Shown: piece by piece, positions 37,023 to 48,443 of the stretch
Position numbering within the stretch: position 1 is the stretch's first letter
How the letters are laid out: the number at the start of each line of letters is the position of its first letter
Assembly: GCA_963727805.1 (NCBI GenBank)
Contig: CAVSHF010000003.1
Location: 2,016,001-2,080,000 of the forward strand
Direction: 5' to 3'
Origin: an uncultured Nitrospiraceae bacterium
GTDB lineage: Bacteria > Nitrospirota > Thermodesulfovibrionia > Thermodesulfovibrionales > Dissulfurispiraceae
DNA length: 64,000 nucleotides
Program-made: the position numbers and the translations under genes
Notes under the pieces: generated by a model
Told to the model about the DNA's origin: nothing
Seen by the model: the letters and a program-made list of their open reading frames with translations, nothing else
Database searches by the model: none

Positions 37023-38267
37023 TTACAACAAACCCGTGAAATCCTCTTCCTTTACCGGTCCGAGCACGGAGAGGCTCATGGGGCCACCGTTGATAAGCCT
37101 ACCGGCAAGCTCCCTAGCGTGGTCAAGGGTCACGGCCTCTATCTCCTTCATGATTTCGAGCTGGGTGAAATGCCTGTGGTAATATATCTCCTGCCGAGCA
37201 TTGCTCTGCATCTTACTGCTCGTAGACTCAAGGGCGAGCACGAGATTTCCCTTCAACTGGTCCTTTGCCCTTCTCAGTTCGACTTCAGTAAGTGTCTGAT
37301 CAAGGTTTTTCATCTCCCTGATAATCAGTTCGGCGACAGTAGGGGCCTTCTTTTTCCCAGTGCCCGCATAGACCGCCCAGAATCCTGCATCCATGTACGA
37401 TGAAAGGAAGGAGTAAATGCTGTATGCATATCCCTTCTTTTCCCTGATTTCCTGAAAGAGCCTCGAACTAACGCTCGCCCCCAGGACGGTGTTTAGCAAG
37501 GAGATCGTGAATCGTTCTTCACTTGCGTAGGGAATTCCTTCGACTCCAATGCAGAGATGGGCCTCGGAAAGGTCTTTCGTATAAATATCGATTTTTCTTC
37601 CAAAGGAGGGAGCTGAAAATGCCTCGGGTTCGGATCCGCGCCTTAGGCTACCCAGGTGATGATTAAGCTTTTCCAGAACAGCTTCGGCTTCGAAATTCCC
37701 TGCGCATGATATCACAGTGTCTGCAGTGCCGTAATATTTCCTCACGTGTGCTGTCAGATCATCCCGCCTGAAGTTTTTTATGGTGTCCCTGCGGCCGAGC
37801 ACCGGTTGTCCAAGCCCGGTCTCACCATAGATGGTCTTGCTGAATAGATCGTGGATATAATCGTCGGGCGTGTCTTCGACGAGTTTGATCTCTTCCTTGA
37901 TAACGCCTTTTTCCTTTTCAAGTTCTTCTTCGGCAAAGGTGGAGTGAAGGAATATGTCGGTGAGTAACTCGACTCCCCGGTCGATATATTCATCGAGGAT
38001 CTTCACATAGAACGCCGTATTCTCACGCGAGGTAAAGGCATTCAGGTCGCCTCCCAGGCTGTCGATGTCTATAGCAATGTCCTGAGCGGTCCGCTTTTTA
38101 GTTCCCTTGAAGAACATGTGTTCGAGGAAATGAGAGATGCCGTTTTTATCGGGTGGCTCGTTCCGAGCACCTACTTTGATCCATATGCCAACGATGAAGG
38201 AGCGGGAATTTTTCACCTGCTCCATTACCACTGGAATGCCGTTATCAAGATAGCGTTTAGTAAACAT
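37023..38267 (-). CDS. cytoplasmic M16 peptidase (YmxG-like)
   Basis: GISHFLEHMFFKGT, LNAFTSRE, SSRLFQEIRE; follows pnp as in many genomes. Confidence 0.9.
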   Translation of the reverse strand: MFTKRYLDNGIPVVMEQVKNSRSFIVGIWIKVGARNEPPDKNGISHFLEHMFFKGTKKRTAQDIAIDIDSLGGDLNAFTSRENTAFYVKILDEYIDRGVELLTDIFLHSTFAEEELEKEKGVIKEEIKLVEDTPDDYIHDLFSKTIYGETGLGQPVLGRRDTIKNFRRDDLTAHVRKYYGTADTVISCAGNFEAEAVLEKLNHHLGSLRRGSEPEAFSAPSFGRKIDIYTKDLSEAHLCIGVEGIPYASEERFTISLLNTVLGASVSSRLFQEIREKKGYAYSIYSFLSSYMDAGFWAVYAGTGKKKAPTVAELIIREMKNLDQTLTEVELRRAKDQLKGNLVLALESTSSKMQSNARQEIYYHRHFTQLEIMKEIEAVTLDHARELAGRLINGGPMSLSVLGPVKEEDFTGLL

Positions 38268-38366
38268 ACGTTTTAGAAGAGGTCTGGTGTGTTGGATTAT
38301 GGAGCTTAGAAACAGGCACCCGCCGAAAATACTGACAAGCAAGATGCCCGTTTGCCGTTATTTCGT

Positions 38367-40487
38367 TTAACCCTGGCGCTGCTGATCCTTCAGGACTTCC
38401 TTCCGGCTCAGCCTGATCCTTCCCTGGTTATCGATTTCGATGACCTTCACTAGGATCTCATCGCCCATATTAATTTCGTCGGTGACCTTTGCTATCCTCT
38501 TATCCGAAATCTGCGAGATATGCAGAAGCCCGTCCGTTCCTGGAAGTATCTCAACAAAGGCACCGAAATCAGCAATCCTGACGACTTTGCCCATGTATGT
38601 CTTCCCTACTTCTGCCTCAGCGATGATGCCGTTGATGATCTCGATCGCCTTTTTAGCTGACTCTTCGTCGCTTGAGGCGATATTGATGGTGCCGCTGTCA
38701 TCAATGTCAATCTTGCAGCCGGTCTGCTCGACAATGCTGCGAATCACTTTCCCACCGCTGCCGATGACTTCCCTGATCTTTTCAGGCCTTATATGCATAG
38801 TGTAAATTCGGGGGGCATGAGGTGAAAGATTGTCCCTTACCGCGGGCATGGCATCAGCCATTTTCCCGAGGATGAAGAGCCTGCCTTTTTTAGCCTGATT
38901 AAGCGCATTTTCGAGGATCTCGCGGCTGACGCCTCCGATCTTCAGGTCCATCTGGAAGGCGGTGATGCCCTTGGTCGTGCCGGCAACCTTGAAGTCCATG
39001 TCGCCGAGATGATCTTCGAGCCCCAGAATGTCGGTCAGTACAACCACCTTATCGCCCTCCTTGATGAGACCCATGGCGATTCCTGCCACAGGCGCGCTGA
39101 TAGGAACGCCCGCATCCATCAGGGAAAGTGTTGCTCCACAAACCGTCGCCATAGAGGACGAACCGTTCGATTCGAGGATGTCCGAGACAATACGTATCGT
39201 ATAAGGGAATATTTCTTTCGTCGGAAGCACATATTTTATTGCACGCTCAGCAAGGGCACCATGCCCGATTTCACGCCTGCCAGGTCCGCGCATCGGCTTG
39301 ACCTCTCCGACACTGAAGGGGGGGAAGTTGTAGTGCAGCATGAACGTTTTGAACGTTTCTCCGTCAAGGGAGTCTATTCTCTGCTCATCGTCTGAAGTCC
39401 CCAGGGTCGTGGCCACCAAGGCCTGCGTCTCACCCCTGATGAAGAGCGCAGAACCATGGACTCTCGGGAGCAGCCCCAGATGGCACGTAATCTGCCTGAT
39501 CTCGTCGGGTTTTCTGCTGTCCGCTCTTTTAGCCTGATTCAGGATAGTGTTTCTTACTATCTCATTTTCGTAATCATCGAATGCGTTGGCGATGTCCCTC
39601 GTAAGGTCCTTGTCGGCATTGCCGACGAAGCGGGCTGCATTCTCGGGGGTATTCAACAGCTTCACCGTTTCTGCCAGAATGGCATCTAGAGCTCCCTGTC
39701 TCTCATGTTTTCCGGGGATGTGTATCGCTTCATGAATCGTGCTGGACACCTGTTCCCTGACAGCAGCTGCAAGCTCAGGCTTCTCCTCCACTGGAGCGAC
39801 CGCCCTCTTCTCCTTGCCAACCTTGCCCCTCAGCTCATTCTGGATTCCCACGATCTTTTTGATTTCCTGGTGGGCAAAGTCGATCGCCTCAAGTAGAGAT
39901 GATTCGGAAACTTCGGCGCCTCCTCCTTCGACCATGATCACGGCATCTTCGGTGCCTGCCACAACTAAATTGAGCTCAAGATTCTCAAGCTCGGTTATAT
40001 CTGGATTGATTACGAGCTCTCCCTGGATCTTCCCCACTCTAACAGCGCCGACAGGTCCGCCAAAGGGGATGTTTGAAATATGGATTGCCGCGGATATGCC
40101 GATGATGCCGAGGATATCTGCGATATTTTCCGTGCCATAGGACAGGACCGATGCGATCCCCTGGGTTTCACAGTAAAAACCCTTGGGAAACAGAGGCCTC
40201 ATAGGACGATCGATAAGTCGCGAGGTTAGCACCTCTTTTTCGGTAGATTTACCCTCCCGCTTGAAAAAGCCGCCGGGGATCTTCCCCGCAGCATAGGTCT
40301 TCTCCTGGTAATCAATGGTGAGAGGGAAAAAATCGAGTCCCTCTTTTGGCTTTTTGCTTGCCACCGCCGTCGCGAGGACTATCGTGTCACCGAACTTCAC
40401 AACAACCGATCCGTCCGCTTGTCTCGCCATCTGTCCTGTTTCGATAATCAGTCGCTTGTCCTTAATCTCTAGTTCTACACTTGTCAT
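38367..40487 (-). CDS. pnp: polyribonucleotide nucleotidyltransferase
   Basis: FFPLTIDY, GKIPGGFFKREG, RREIGHG, SNGSSSMA, GDMDFKVAG, KH and S1 domains. Confidence 0.98.
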   Translation of the reverse strand: MTSVELEIKDKRLIIETGQMARQADGSVVVKFGDTIVLATAVASKKPKEGLDFFPLTIDYQEKTYAAGKIPGGFFKREGKSTEKEVLTSRLIDRPMRPLFPKGFYCETQGIASVLSYGTENIADILGIIGISAAIHISNIPFGGPVGAVRVGKIQGELVINPDITELENLELNLVVAGTEDAVIMVEGGGAEVSESSLLEAIDFAHQEIKKIVGIQNELRGKVGKEKRAVAPVEEKPELAAAVREQVSSTIHEAIHIPGKHERQGALDAILAETVKLLNTPENAARFVGNADKDLTRDIANAFDDYENEIVRNTILNQAKRADSRKPDEIRQITCHLGLLPRVHGSALFIRGETQALVATTLGTSDDEQRIDSLDGETFKTFMLHYNFPPFSVGEVKPMRGPGRREIGHGALAERAIKYVLPTKEIFPYTIRIVSDILESNGSSSMATVCGATLSLMDAGVPISAPVAGIAMGLIKEGDKVVVLTDILGLEDHLGDMDFKVAGTTKGITAFQMDLKIGGVSREILENALNQAKKGRLFILGKMADAMPAVRDNLSPHAPRIYTMHIRPEKIREVIGSGGKVIRSIVEQTGCKIDIDDSGTINIASSDEESAKKAIEIINGIIAEAEVGKTYMGKVVRIADFGAFVEILPGTDGLLHISQISDKRIAKVTDEINMGDEILVKVIEIDNQGRIRLSRKEVLKDQQRQG

Positions 40488-40544
40488 GAATTCGCTTTCT
40501 ATCTCCTTGGTCTTAAGTACGTGTCCGTGCAATGAATGAGAATG

Positions 40545-40811
40545 CTACTTTCTCAGGCCGAGACGCCCTATAACGCTGTCATAGCGGGTTTTGTCGCATA
40601 GTTTCAGGTAATTCAGAAGTTTCTTCCTCTGCGCAACAAGCTTCAAAAGTCCTCTCCTCGAATGGTGGTCCTTTGCATGGATCTTGAAGTGGTCCGTCAA
40701 ATAACTGATCCTCTCACTCAGTAACGCAATCTGTACTTCAGGAGAACCGGTATCCTTCTCGTGAGTTTTGAAGGACTCGATGATCTCTTTTTTCTTCAGC
40801 GTGTCAAACAT
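40545..40811 (-). CDS. rpsO: 30S ribosomal protein S15
   Basis: [25 protein letters not shown]; upstream of pnp. Confidence 0.97.
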   Translation of the reverse strand: MFDTLKKKEIIESFKTHEKDTGSPEVQIALLSERISYLTDHFKIHAKDHHSRRGLLKLVAQRKKLLNYLKLCDKTRYDSVIGRLGLRK

Positions 40812-40938
40812 TCGCTCACCACCTTTCCTTTGAGATATCCTCATTTACTACAGACATTAAAAATTATCCGAAAGGACACATTTTTAGTGTAAGTAGGTTA
40901 CCATATGCATTCCTGCTCTGTAAAGGCACCTCAGCCAT

Positions 40939-41256
40939 CTATTCGACAGGGGTGACCACCGCCATCACAACAAGCCTCTCGCCTTTCGTTGCTTTAAAGC
41001 CATGAGGGACTTGGGGGTCAACAAGGATGGCCGTCTTTTCGTCAGCCTCTATCTCTTCCTCTCCTACTGTAAATACCCCTTTCCCCTCAACACAGTACAT
41101 CAGGAGCCTGAGTGGGGCCTTGTGGGGTTGCAACTCCTGACCAGCCTCCAGACACATAAGGGCAACGCGCATCTCCGGGGTCTCCGCGAGCATTTCCCTC
41201 GATATCTTGTCGGGACGAAAGGTAATGAGTTTTTTAAGGTCTAAAATAGTAGCCAT
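40939..41256 (-). CDS. cupin domain protein
   Basis: GQELQPH.AP....YCVEGKG, P.VPHGF; GGAGG RBS. Confidence 0.8.
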   Translation of the reverse strand: MATILDLKKLITFRPDKISREMLAETPEMRVALMCLEAGQELQPHKAPLRLLMYCVEGKGVFTVGEEEIEADEKTAILVDPQVPHGFKATKGERLVVMAVVTPVE

Positions 41257-41398
41257 ATGATCCTCCTCTATAATTATGTATTATTTCCAGTATAGCAAGA
41301 TACTTTCGTCGCCAACATGACATATGTCAAGAATACCTTGAATCGCACTCTCAGCATGAGGTATTATGGAAATGACTTTGCATATCAGGGAGGCTTGA

Positions 41399-42808
41399 GT
41401 GAGCGATTCCGTAAGGGTTAGATTCGCGCCCAGCCCGACAGGGCATCTGCACATCGGCGGCGCAAGAACCGCCCTTTTTAACTGGCTTTATGCTCGGCAC
41501 CATAACGGTGCTTTTATTCTTAGAATCGAGGATACTGATACTACCCGTTCTACCGAGGAATACATCGAAGCGATTAGCGAAGGGATGAGATGGCTCAATC
41601 TCGATTGGGATGAGGGGCCTTTCAGGCAGACCGACCGGTTTGATATCTACCACAACTATGTGGAGCGGCTGTTGCAGGAAGGCAAGGCTTATCACTGCTA
41701 TTGTACACCCGAGGAACTCGAACAGAGAAGACAAAAGGCCTTAGCCGAGGGAAATACCCCGAAATACGATGGCAGGTGCAGGAATTTATCGAGAGCTCTT
41801 CCGGGAAAAACGGCCACAGTGCGCTTCAAAATGCCTGAGAAAGGCACGATAGTGCTCAATGACATGATCAAGGGGCCCATCGAATTTGAAAATACGCTTC
41901 TCGATGATATGATAATCCTCCGCACCGATGGAACTCCTACGTATAATTTCGTTGTCGTGGTTGACGATATCGATATGAAGATAACTCATATCATCAGGGG
42001 GGACGACCACGTCAATAATACGCCTAAACAGCTCCATATCTACAAGGCCTTCGGATGGGAGCCGCCACAGTTCGGGCACCTGCCGATGATCCTCGGCTCC
42101 GACAAGGCTCGTCTAAGCAAGAGGCACGGGGCCACCTCTGTCATGGCTTACAGGGATATGGGCTATCTGCCCGACGCTCTGATCAACTACCTAGTACGGC
42201 TCGGCTGGTCCTATGGCGACCAGGAAGTCTTCACTCGGGATGAATTGATCAAATATTTCTCGCTTGACAATGTGGGCGCGTCAGCTGCTGTATTCAACCC
42301 TGAAAAGCTCCTCTGGCTTAACAGCCAGTATATAATGAACACGCCTCCTGAGAGGCTTGCGGAATTGGTCATCCCGTTCCTCGTAAAAGCAGGCCTGATT
42401 TCAAAGGGACAACGCCTCGATATGCAATGGCTTTCAAAAGCAGTGCTCACTCTGAGGGAAAGGGCTAGGACTCTCGTTGAGCTTGCCCTTTCAATGAAAT
42501 ATTATCTTCTTGAAGAGATCGATATTGATCAGAAAGCCAAAGAGAAATTTCTGAAACCCGAAGGAATAAAGCTTCTGACCGAGCTCAGGGATGCCCTTGA
42601 AGGCCTCGCAGAATTTACTGTACCGGAGATCGAGAAGGCCTTCTCATCCCTCGTTGAAAAACACGGCATTAAACTCGGCAGTCTTGCCCAGCCTGCGCGT
42701 GTCGCAATCACTGGAGGCACTGCTAGTCCCGGCATCTTCGAAGTCTTCGAGGTCATCGGCAAGGGAAAAGTACTAAAACGATTGGCTAAAGTAATCGGAG
42801 GTGAGTAA
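41399..42808 (+). CDS. gltX: glutamate--tRNA ligase
   Basis: RFAPSPTG.LHIGG, RIEDTD, RGDDH, LSKRHG. Confidence 0.97.
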   Translation: MSDSVRVRFAPSPTGHLHIGGARTALFNWLYARHHNGAFILRIEDTDTTRSTEEYIEAISEGMRWLNLDWDEGPFRQTDRFDIYHNYVERLLQEGKAYHCYCTPEELEQRRQKALAEGNTPKYDGRCRNLSRALPGKTATVRFKMPEKGTIVLNDMIKGPIEFENTLLDDMIILRTDGTPTYNFVVVVDDIDMKITHIIRGDDHVNNTPKQLHIYKAFGWEPPQFGHLPMILGSDKARLSKRHGATSVMAYRDMGYLPDALINYLVRLGWSYGDQEVFTRDELIKYFSLDNVGASAAVFNPEKLLWLNSQYIMNTPPERLAELVIPFLVKAGLISKGQRLDMQWLSKAVLTLRERARTLVELALSMKYYLLEEIDIDQKAKEKFLKPEGIKLLTELRDALEGLAEFTVPEIEKAFSSLVEKHGIKLGSLAQPARVAITGGTASPGIFEVFEVIGKGKVLKRLAKVIGGE

Positions 42809-42979
42809 ATGGCGCTAAAAAAAGAACTGCTCGATATACTTGCGTGTCCCAAATGCAAAGGCGATCTAGCTTATAAAGAGCAGGAGAACTTCCTCGTCTG
42901 TGAACAGTGCATGCTCATGTATCCAGTGAAGGACGATATCCCGATCATGCTCATCGAAGAAGCACTGCCGTTGAAATAG
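42809..42979 (+). CDS. Trm112-family protein (YcaR-like), not in ORF track
   Basis: MALKKELLDILACPKCKGDL...CEQCMLMYPVKDDIPIMLIEEA; GGAGG RBS; abuts gltX stop. Confidence 0.92.
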   Translation: MALKKELLDILACPKCKGDLAYKEQENFLVCEQCMLMYPVKDDIPIMLIEEALPLK

Positions 42980-43026
42980 CATGAAATTATGCCATCCACC
43001 TGGTCAGGCCTTGATGCTTGTTTAAC

Positions 43027-43854
43027 TTAAACATTGAATTCGACATCGCTGTTCGAGAACGGACATCTAAACCTCAGCGCATAGGCGACCAGTTTCATCC
43101 CTTCCATGTTCTTGTTACCCTTGCCGTACTTCGGATCGCCCATCAAGGGATAGCCGATCATGTCAAAATGGCGTCGGATTTGGTGGAGGCGACCCGTCTT
43201 AATCGTCACATCAACTGTCGATGTATTAGTTGTAGGACTGAAGTATTCCAACTCATATTTGGTAAACGCCTTTTTCCCATCCAGCGGCAGGTCGATAGTC
43301 CCTTTGGATCCTCTCTCACTTAAATTGCCGAGGACCTCAACACGATATTTCTTGATAACAAGGTTTTTCTGGAAAAGTTCCGAAAGTCGCGCCGCAGCAT
43401 TTTTGGTGTGGGCTATAAGCATCAGTCCGGCAGCCTCCCTGTCGAGACGATGAACGAGAAAGAAATCCCGCGTATTGCCAAATGACTGCTCCACTTGGCG
43501 CAGCAATGAACAATGGTCCCCATACTTTGTTCCTTGGGCCATAAGCCCGGGGGGCTTGAGCCATACGCTATAATCCTTTCGGTCGTCAAGACATCGCGCC
43601 TGAGGCGGCTTAAGGGCGAGCAGCTTTTCATCATAGTAGAATTCGATCCTTATGCGGTCAGTTAGGATAGCTGTTGCCTTGCGGAGTCGTCTCAACTTAC
43701 TCACTCGGCCCGACTCTTTTCCGACCCACAAAGCCCCTTTGTTCATGGCATCCTTAATCCTGCTCTTAGAAAGCCCGGTTCCGGACGCAAGGAAATCGCA
43801 GATAGTACCGCCTATCCCTTTGCCCACACTAAAGAAGAATTTCCCCCTGATCAT
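43027..43854 (-). CDS. RluA-family pseudouridine synthase
   Basis: KPPGL, VHRLDREAAGLML, TGRLHQIRRH, GDPKYG. Confidence 0.93.
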   Translation of the reverse strand: MIRGKFFFSVGKGIGGTICDFLASGTGLSKSRIKDAMNKGALWVGKESGRVSKLRRLRKATAILTDRIRIEFYYDEKLLALKPPQARCLDDRKDYSVWLKPPGLMAQGTKYGDHCSLLRQVEQSFGNTRDFFLVHRLDREAAGLMLIAHTKNAAARLSELFQKNLVIKKYRVEVLGNLSERGSKGTIDLPLDGKKAFTKYELEYFSPTTNTSTVDVTIKTGRLHQIRRHFDMIGYPLMGDPKYGKGNKNMEGMKLVAYALRFRCPFSNSDVEFNV

Positions 43855-43948
43855 ATTCTTTATTGTAACATTCCGAGCACCAACCCCTTTGACAACTTCT
43901 TCCCGTTCAATTTAAATTATCATTCATTCTTTTTTTGAGGAGGCAGAT

Positions 43949-45175
43949 ATGGCTGACAAGATAAAAGTGAAGAACCCCATCGTTGAAATGGACGGGGACG
44001 AGATGACTCGGATTATCTGGCATCTAATCAAGGAGAAGCTGATTTCTCCCTTTCTTGACATAGACCTGAAATATTATGATCTCGGCATTAAGCAACGCGA
44101 TGCGACCGATGACAAGATAACCGTAGAGGCGGCGTATGCGATAAAGGAATATGGCATCGGCGTCAAGTGCGCGACAATTACGCCGAATGCAGCCCGTGTA
44201 CAGGAATATGATCTTAAGCACCAATGGAAAAGCCCTAACGGGACAATCCGTTCTATCCTTGACGGGACGGTCTTTAGAAAGCCGATCATCATCAAGAATA
44301 TTCCGCCCGGTGTCAAGTCGTGGAAGAAGCCTATCATTATCGGCCGTCATGCCTATGGCGACATTTATAAAAATACGGAATGCGTCGTTGACAGGCCCGG
44401 CATTGCAGAGATCGTCTTTACTCCCTCTGACGGTGGCAAAAAGACAGTCCTGAAGATACACACCTTTGACGGTCCGGGAGTTGTCATGGGGATGCATAAC
44501 ACCGAGAAATCGATCAGAAGTTTTGCACGGTCCTGCATCAATTACGCCCTAGCTGAAAAAGTCGACCTTTGGTTTGGCGCAAAAGACACGATATCAAAGC
44601 AATATCACGGTTTTTTCAGAGATATCTTTGCCGAGGAAATCGAAAAGGTTAGGGACAAGTTGTCGGCAGCAGAGATCCAGTATCGCTATCTCCTCATCGA
44701 CGATGCTGTCGCACAGGTGCTCAAGTCAGCTGGCGGCATGCTCTGGGCCTGCATGAACTATGACGGCGATGTCATGTCCGACATGGTGGCCACCGGATTT
44801 GGCAGCCTCGGTCTTATGACATCTGTCCTCGTTTCTCCAGACAATAAATACGAATTCGAAGCTGCCCACGGCACCGTGATGCGACATTATTATGCCCACC
44901 TCAAGGGCCATCCCACGTCGACTAATTCCATCGCCTCAATCTTTGCCTGGACCGGAGCGATTGCGATGAGGGGAGAACTCGACAACACCCCCGACGTTGT
45001 GAATTTTGCGCACAAACTCGAAAAGGCCGTAATCGAAACAGTTGAAGCCGGCATCATGACTAAAGACCTGATGCTAATTGCCGAACCACGCGTCACGAAA
45101 TACGCTCTTACGGACGAATTCATCGATGCAGTGACAGAAAGGCTGAAACTCCCCCTTAGTCCGTTGTTGCAATGA
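43949..45175 (+). CDS. icd: NADP-dependent isocitrate dehydrogenase (eukaryotic-like subfamily)
   Basis: [48 protein letters not shown]. Confidence 0.95.
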   Translation: MADKIKVKNPIVEMDGDEMTRIIWHLIKEKLISPFLDIDLKYYDLGIKQRDATDDKITVEAAYAIKEYGIGVKCATITPNAARVQEYDLKHQWKSPNGTIRSILDGTVFRKPIIIKNIPPGVKSWKKPIIIGRHAYGDIYKNTECVVDRPGIAEIVFTPSDGGKKTVLKIHTFDGPGVVMGMHNTEKSIRSFARSCINYALAEKVDLWFGAKDTISKQYHGFFRDIFAEEIEKVRDKLSAAEIQYRYLLIDDAVAQVLKSAGGMLWACMNYDGDVMSDMVATGFGSLGLMTSVLVSPDNKYEFEAAHGTVMRHYYAHLKGHPTSTNSIASIFAWTGAIAMRGELDNTPDVVNFAHKLEKAVIETVEAGIMTKDLMLIAEPRVTKYALTDEFIDAVTERLKLPLSPLLQ

Positions 45176-45261
45176 ACTCCTGTTTAACATTAAACATATC
45201 CCTACTGCTGCGTCATTTCCATGTTCGCTGACGTTCTGTATAGTTTTACTGTTGGCGAATC

Positions 45262-46971
45262 CTATTTTTTCCCGGTCTTCTGTATCTTCGCCCATTCGTC
45301 CTTAAGCGTCACGATCCTGTTGAAGACGGGATTGCCCGGACTCGAATCCACAGGATCAACATTGAAGTATCCTATTCTTTCGAATTGGTAACGATCTCCC
45401 CGGAAGGCCCCCGATAAAGAAGGTTCCAGTCTTGCAGTAAGAATTTGGAGTGATTTTGGGTTAAGACAACTAATGAAATCCTCTCCCTCTTCGGTATCAT
45501 TCGGATTCGCGTTGACGAAAAGAAGGTCATAAAGTCGCACTGTCGCCGGAATCGAGTGTTCAGAGGAAACCCAGTGGAGCGTAGCCTTGACCTTCCTTCC
45601 ATCCGGTGAATCGCCGCCGCGCGTGGCAGGATCATAGGTACAATGTAGCGCCGCAATCTCGCCGGTATCTGTTTTTTTCACAACTTTTTCGCATTTGATG
45701 AAATAGGCATATCTGAGTCTCACTTCTCGCCCTGGGGCAAGTCGGAAGAACTGTTTCGGGGGGACTTCCATGAAGTCCTCCTGCTCGATGTAAAGTTCAC
45801 GAGCGAAGGGGACCTTGCGCGTCCCAGCATCGGGATCTTCCGGATTATTGACCGCGTCGAGGTATTCAATCTGTCCTTCTGGATAATTGTCTATGATCAC
45901 CTTCAATGGCCTCAACACGCCCATCACCCTTGGGGTCTCTTTATTCAGGTCTTCCCGCACACAAAATTCAAGGAGTCCCATATCGACGAGACTCTCCTTT
46001 TTGCCGACACCAATACGCTCACAGAAATTTCTGATCGCCCCAGGGGAATACCCGCGTCTTCTCATACCGGCGAGGGTCGGCATGCGAGGATCGTTCCACC
46101 CGGTCACATGCCCGTCATTGACGAGCCGCAGAAGCTTCCTCTTACTCAAAACAGTATGGCTCAAATTAAGCCGAGCGAACTCGTATTGCCTGGGATGGTA
46201 GATGCCAAGTGCATCGAGATACCAGTCATACAATGGCCGGTGGTCTTCGTATTCCATCGTGCAGATCGAATGGGTGATACCTTCGATCGAGTCGCTCTCA
46301 CCATGTGCGTAGTCGTACATCGGATAAATACACCATTTGCCGCCCGCCCTGTGATGGTCTTCATGCTTGATCCGGTACATAACCGGATCGCGCAAGTTGA
46401 TGTTGCCGGAAGACATATCAATTTTGGCCCTGAGCGTCTTCGAACCGTCTGGGAATTCGCCTGCACGCATACGGCGGAAAAGATCCAGATTCTCCGCAAC
46501 CGACCTGTTGCGGTAGGGGCTCTCCTTGCCGGGTTGGGAGAGCGTGCCTCTATATTCTCGCATCTGCTCGAAAGTAAGGTCGCAAACAAATGCCTTGCCC
46601 TCCTTGATCAAGACCTCAGCGAATTCATAGAGCTGTTCAAAATAATCCGAAGCATAATAGAGACGACCGCCCCAGTTGAAACCGAGCCACCGAATGTCTT
46701 CCATGATGGAGTCGACATACTCCTGCTCCTCTTTACTCGGGTTTGTGTCGTCGAACCTTAGATTGCAGTGGCCGCCGAATTCTGCTGCAATTCCAAAATT
46801 GAGGCAGATAGATTTCGCATGGCCTATATGCAGATAGCCGTTAGGCTCGGGGGGGAAGCGGGTGATGACTTTGCCTCCATTCTTGCCCGCTTCGACATCT
46901 TCAGCAACAATAGTCCGGATAAAATTAGACGGCTGATTTAAAGCTTCATTACCGGCTGCAGGTGTTTTCAT
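45262..46971 (-). CDS. glnS: glutamine--tRNA ligase
   Basis: [55 protein letters not shown]. Confidence 0.96.
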   Translation of the reverse strand: MKTPAAGNEALNQPSNFIRTIVAEDVEAGKNGGKVITRFPPEPNGYLHIGHAKSICLNFGIAAEFGGHCNLRFDDTNPSKEEQEYVDSIMEDIRWLGFNWGGRLYYASDYFEQLYEFAEVLIKEGKAFVCDLTFEQMREYRGTLSQPGKESPYRNRSVAENLDLFRRMRAGEFPDGSKTLRAKIDMSSGNINLRDPVMYRIKHEDHHRAGGKWCIYPMYDYAHGESDSIEGITHSICTMEYEDHRPLYDWYLDALGIYHPRQYEFARLNLSHTVLSKRKLLRLVNDGHVTGWNDPRMPTLAGMRRRGYSPGAIRNFCERIGVGKKESLVDMGLLEFCVREDLNKETPRVMGVLRPLKVIIDNYPEGQIEYLDAVNNPEDPDAGTRKVPFARELYIEQEDFMEVPPKQFFRLAPGREVRLRYAYFIKCEKVVKKTDTGEIAALHCTYDPATRGGDSPDGRKVKATLHWVSSEHSIPATVRLYDLLFVNANPNDTEEGEDFISCLNPKSLQILTARLEPSLSGAFRGDRYQFERIGYFNVDPVDSSPGNPVFNRIVTLKDEWAKIQKTGKK

Positions 46972-47097
46972 GGCATTATTACCTCACGCTTCTATCGTAA
47001 TCAGGGTGTATTTTACCATATAGAGGTATTCAATACTGTTTGAAAGCCGGATTGGCGATGTCCTTTGAGAGAGCACTTGTGCTAAAATATACGGCAT

Positions 47098-47184
47098 GCC
47101 GAAGTGGCGGAACTGGCAGACGCGCTAGGTTCAGGGTCTAGTGGTCGCAAGGCCGTGCGGGTTCGAGTCCCGCCTTCGGCACCA
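47098..47184 (+). tRNA. tRNA-Leu (CAG)
   Basis: GCCGAAGTGGCGGAACTGGCAGACGCGCTAGGTT-CAG-GGTCTAG, long variable arm, GGTTCGAGTCC, CCA end. Confidence 0.96.
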
Positions 47185-47418
47185 TTTTTAGTCTTATTGT
47201 CAATTAGATTTCCTTCATATCTTTCTCTTGACGCTCAATAAACTTGAATGCCAATTTCTTTTAGTACGCCTCAATTTTCTCGAGAATGTTCTTTTGTGGA
47301 AATTTGAGCAATGCCGACATCACGTTATCCTTCTGCTCCATGAATTCTAGACTGCTGAGTTTTATCACCTCCTTTTCTTTTATACCGGCTGATATGTGCA
47401 GTCAAACTCTTCCCGGGC

Positions 47419-48378
47419 TCATTTCGCCGGTTTCCATGTTTCGTCAGGGTCATACTTTTTCACAGCTTTTGCAATCTCTTCTGTTTTTGGCCCCAGGTCT
47501 TTCTCATAGACAATACCCTGTTGGTTTACCATAAAGGTCATGACGCCGGACGCCCCATACTCCGCGGGGTATGCCAGCAGGCCAAACCCGGCTGTCATCT
47601 TGCCGTTTACTATATAATCAACTTCGCCGCCTGCAGCCTTGCTCCCCTGGCTTTTCAATATATTGAAATAATAACCATGGTATGGCTTATGCTTCTCACC
47701 AGGTTTTCTGGCCGTGTATCCTTCATCCGTGGCTTGCGCTACTAACGGCCCCAAAGGACTGCTTTCCTCTCCTGCTGAAGCCTTCCAGTATAGACCGTCT
47801 TTCTTGCCTTCATGGCTCCTAAATCTCTGTGCGTATTGCACCGCTCCGCTGCCATCACGGTCCTTACTGGCATATTCACGCTGCGCATCCACATAGGACA
47901 GCGCAACCTCGATAGTGCTTAATTCATTCTTGCCTATCCTCCGGTTTATGATTTCCTGCTTGCCATCGTCCGTCGAAAAGACCCATTCCTGACCTGATCT
48001 CACAATAGGAATAGGAAAACTACAAGCGTCCTTCCCGATTACAGCCAATACCGTATTGTCGTCTAACTTTGAAAATTTAACCGTCTCTCCGGCGGCTTCA
48101 ACGAACCGTTTACGGGCATTTCTGTCTGCAACAGCATCGCCAGATGATATGATATATTTTCCCTGCGGGCCGAAGATGGCCATTAATCCCACTGTATCAT
48201 TGGTCTTTGCGGCCTCTATGAGCGCCCCAAATGCATCTTCAGGTGATTTGAACTTCTCCTGCTTTGCGTCCTGGGCAGACACTGATAAGCTAAAGGCAAT
48301 CACTGCACTTATTGCGATTATGAACCCCACTATTCGCTGTCCGTACAGGTTTCCAAGCTTTTTTATATAGTTAGACAT
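47419..48378 (-). CDS. DUF2950-family periplasmic protein
   Basis: FKSPEDA, FPIPIV, RRIGKNEL, YVDAQREY, GKKDGLYW, SPLGP, PYHGYYF, PAEYGASGVMTF. Confidence 0.85.
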   Translation of the reverse strand: MSNYIKKLGNLYGQRIVGFIIAISAVIAFSLSVSAQDAKQEKFKSPEDAFGALIEAAKTNDTVGLMAIFGPQGKYIISSGDAVADRNARKRFVEAAGETVKFSKLDDNTVLAVIGKDACSFPIPIVRSGQEWVFSTDDGKQEIINRRIGKNELSTIEVALSYVDAQREYASKDRDGSGAVQYAQRFRSHEGKKDGLYWKASAGEESSPLGPLVAQATDEGYTARKPGEKHKPYHGYYFNILKSQGSKAAGGEVDYIVNGKMTAGFGLLAYPAEYGASGVMTFMVNQQGIVYEKDLGPKTEEIAKAVKKYDPDETWKPAK

Positions 48379-48443
48379 TGTCCCTTCCTCCATATATCGT
48401 TGGCATCATGATGCTCCCTCAATAATGCACCGCAGAGCTGCTC

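Noticed and set aside
41399..46971. Co-occurrence of gltX and glnS as unusual
   Set aside because: Direct Gln-tRNA charging with both synthetases is common in many diderm lineages
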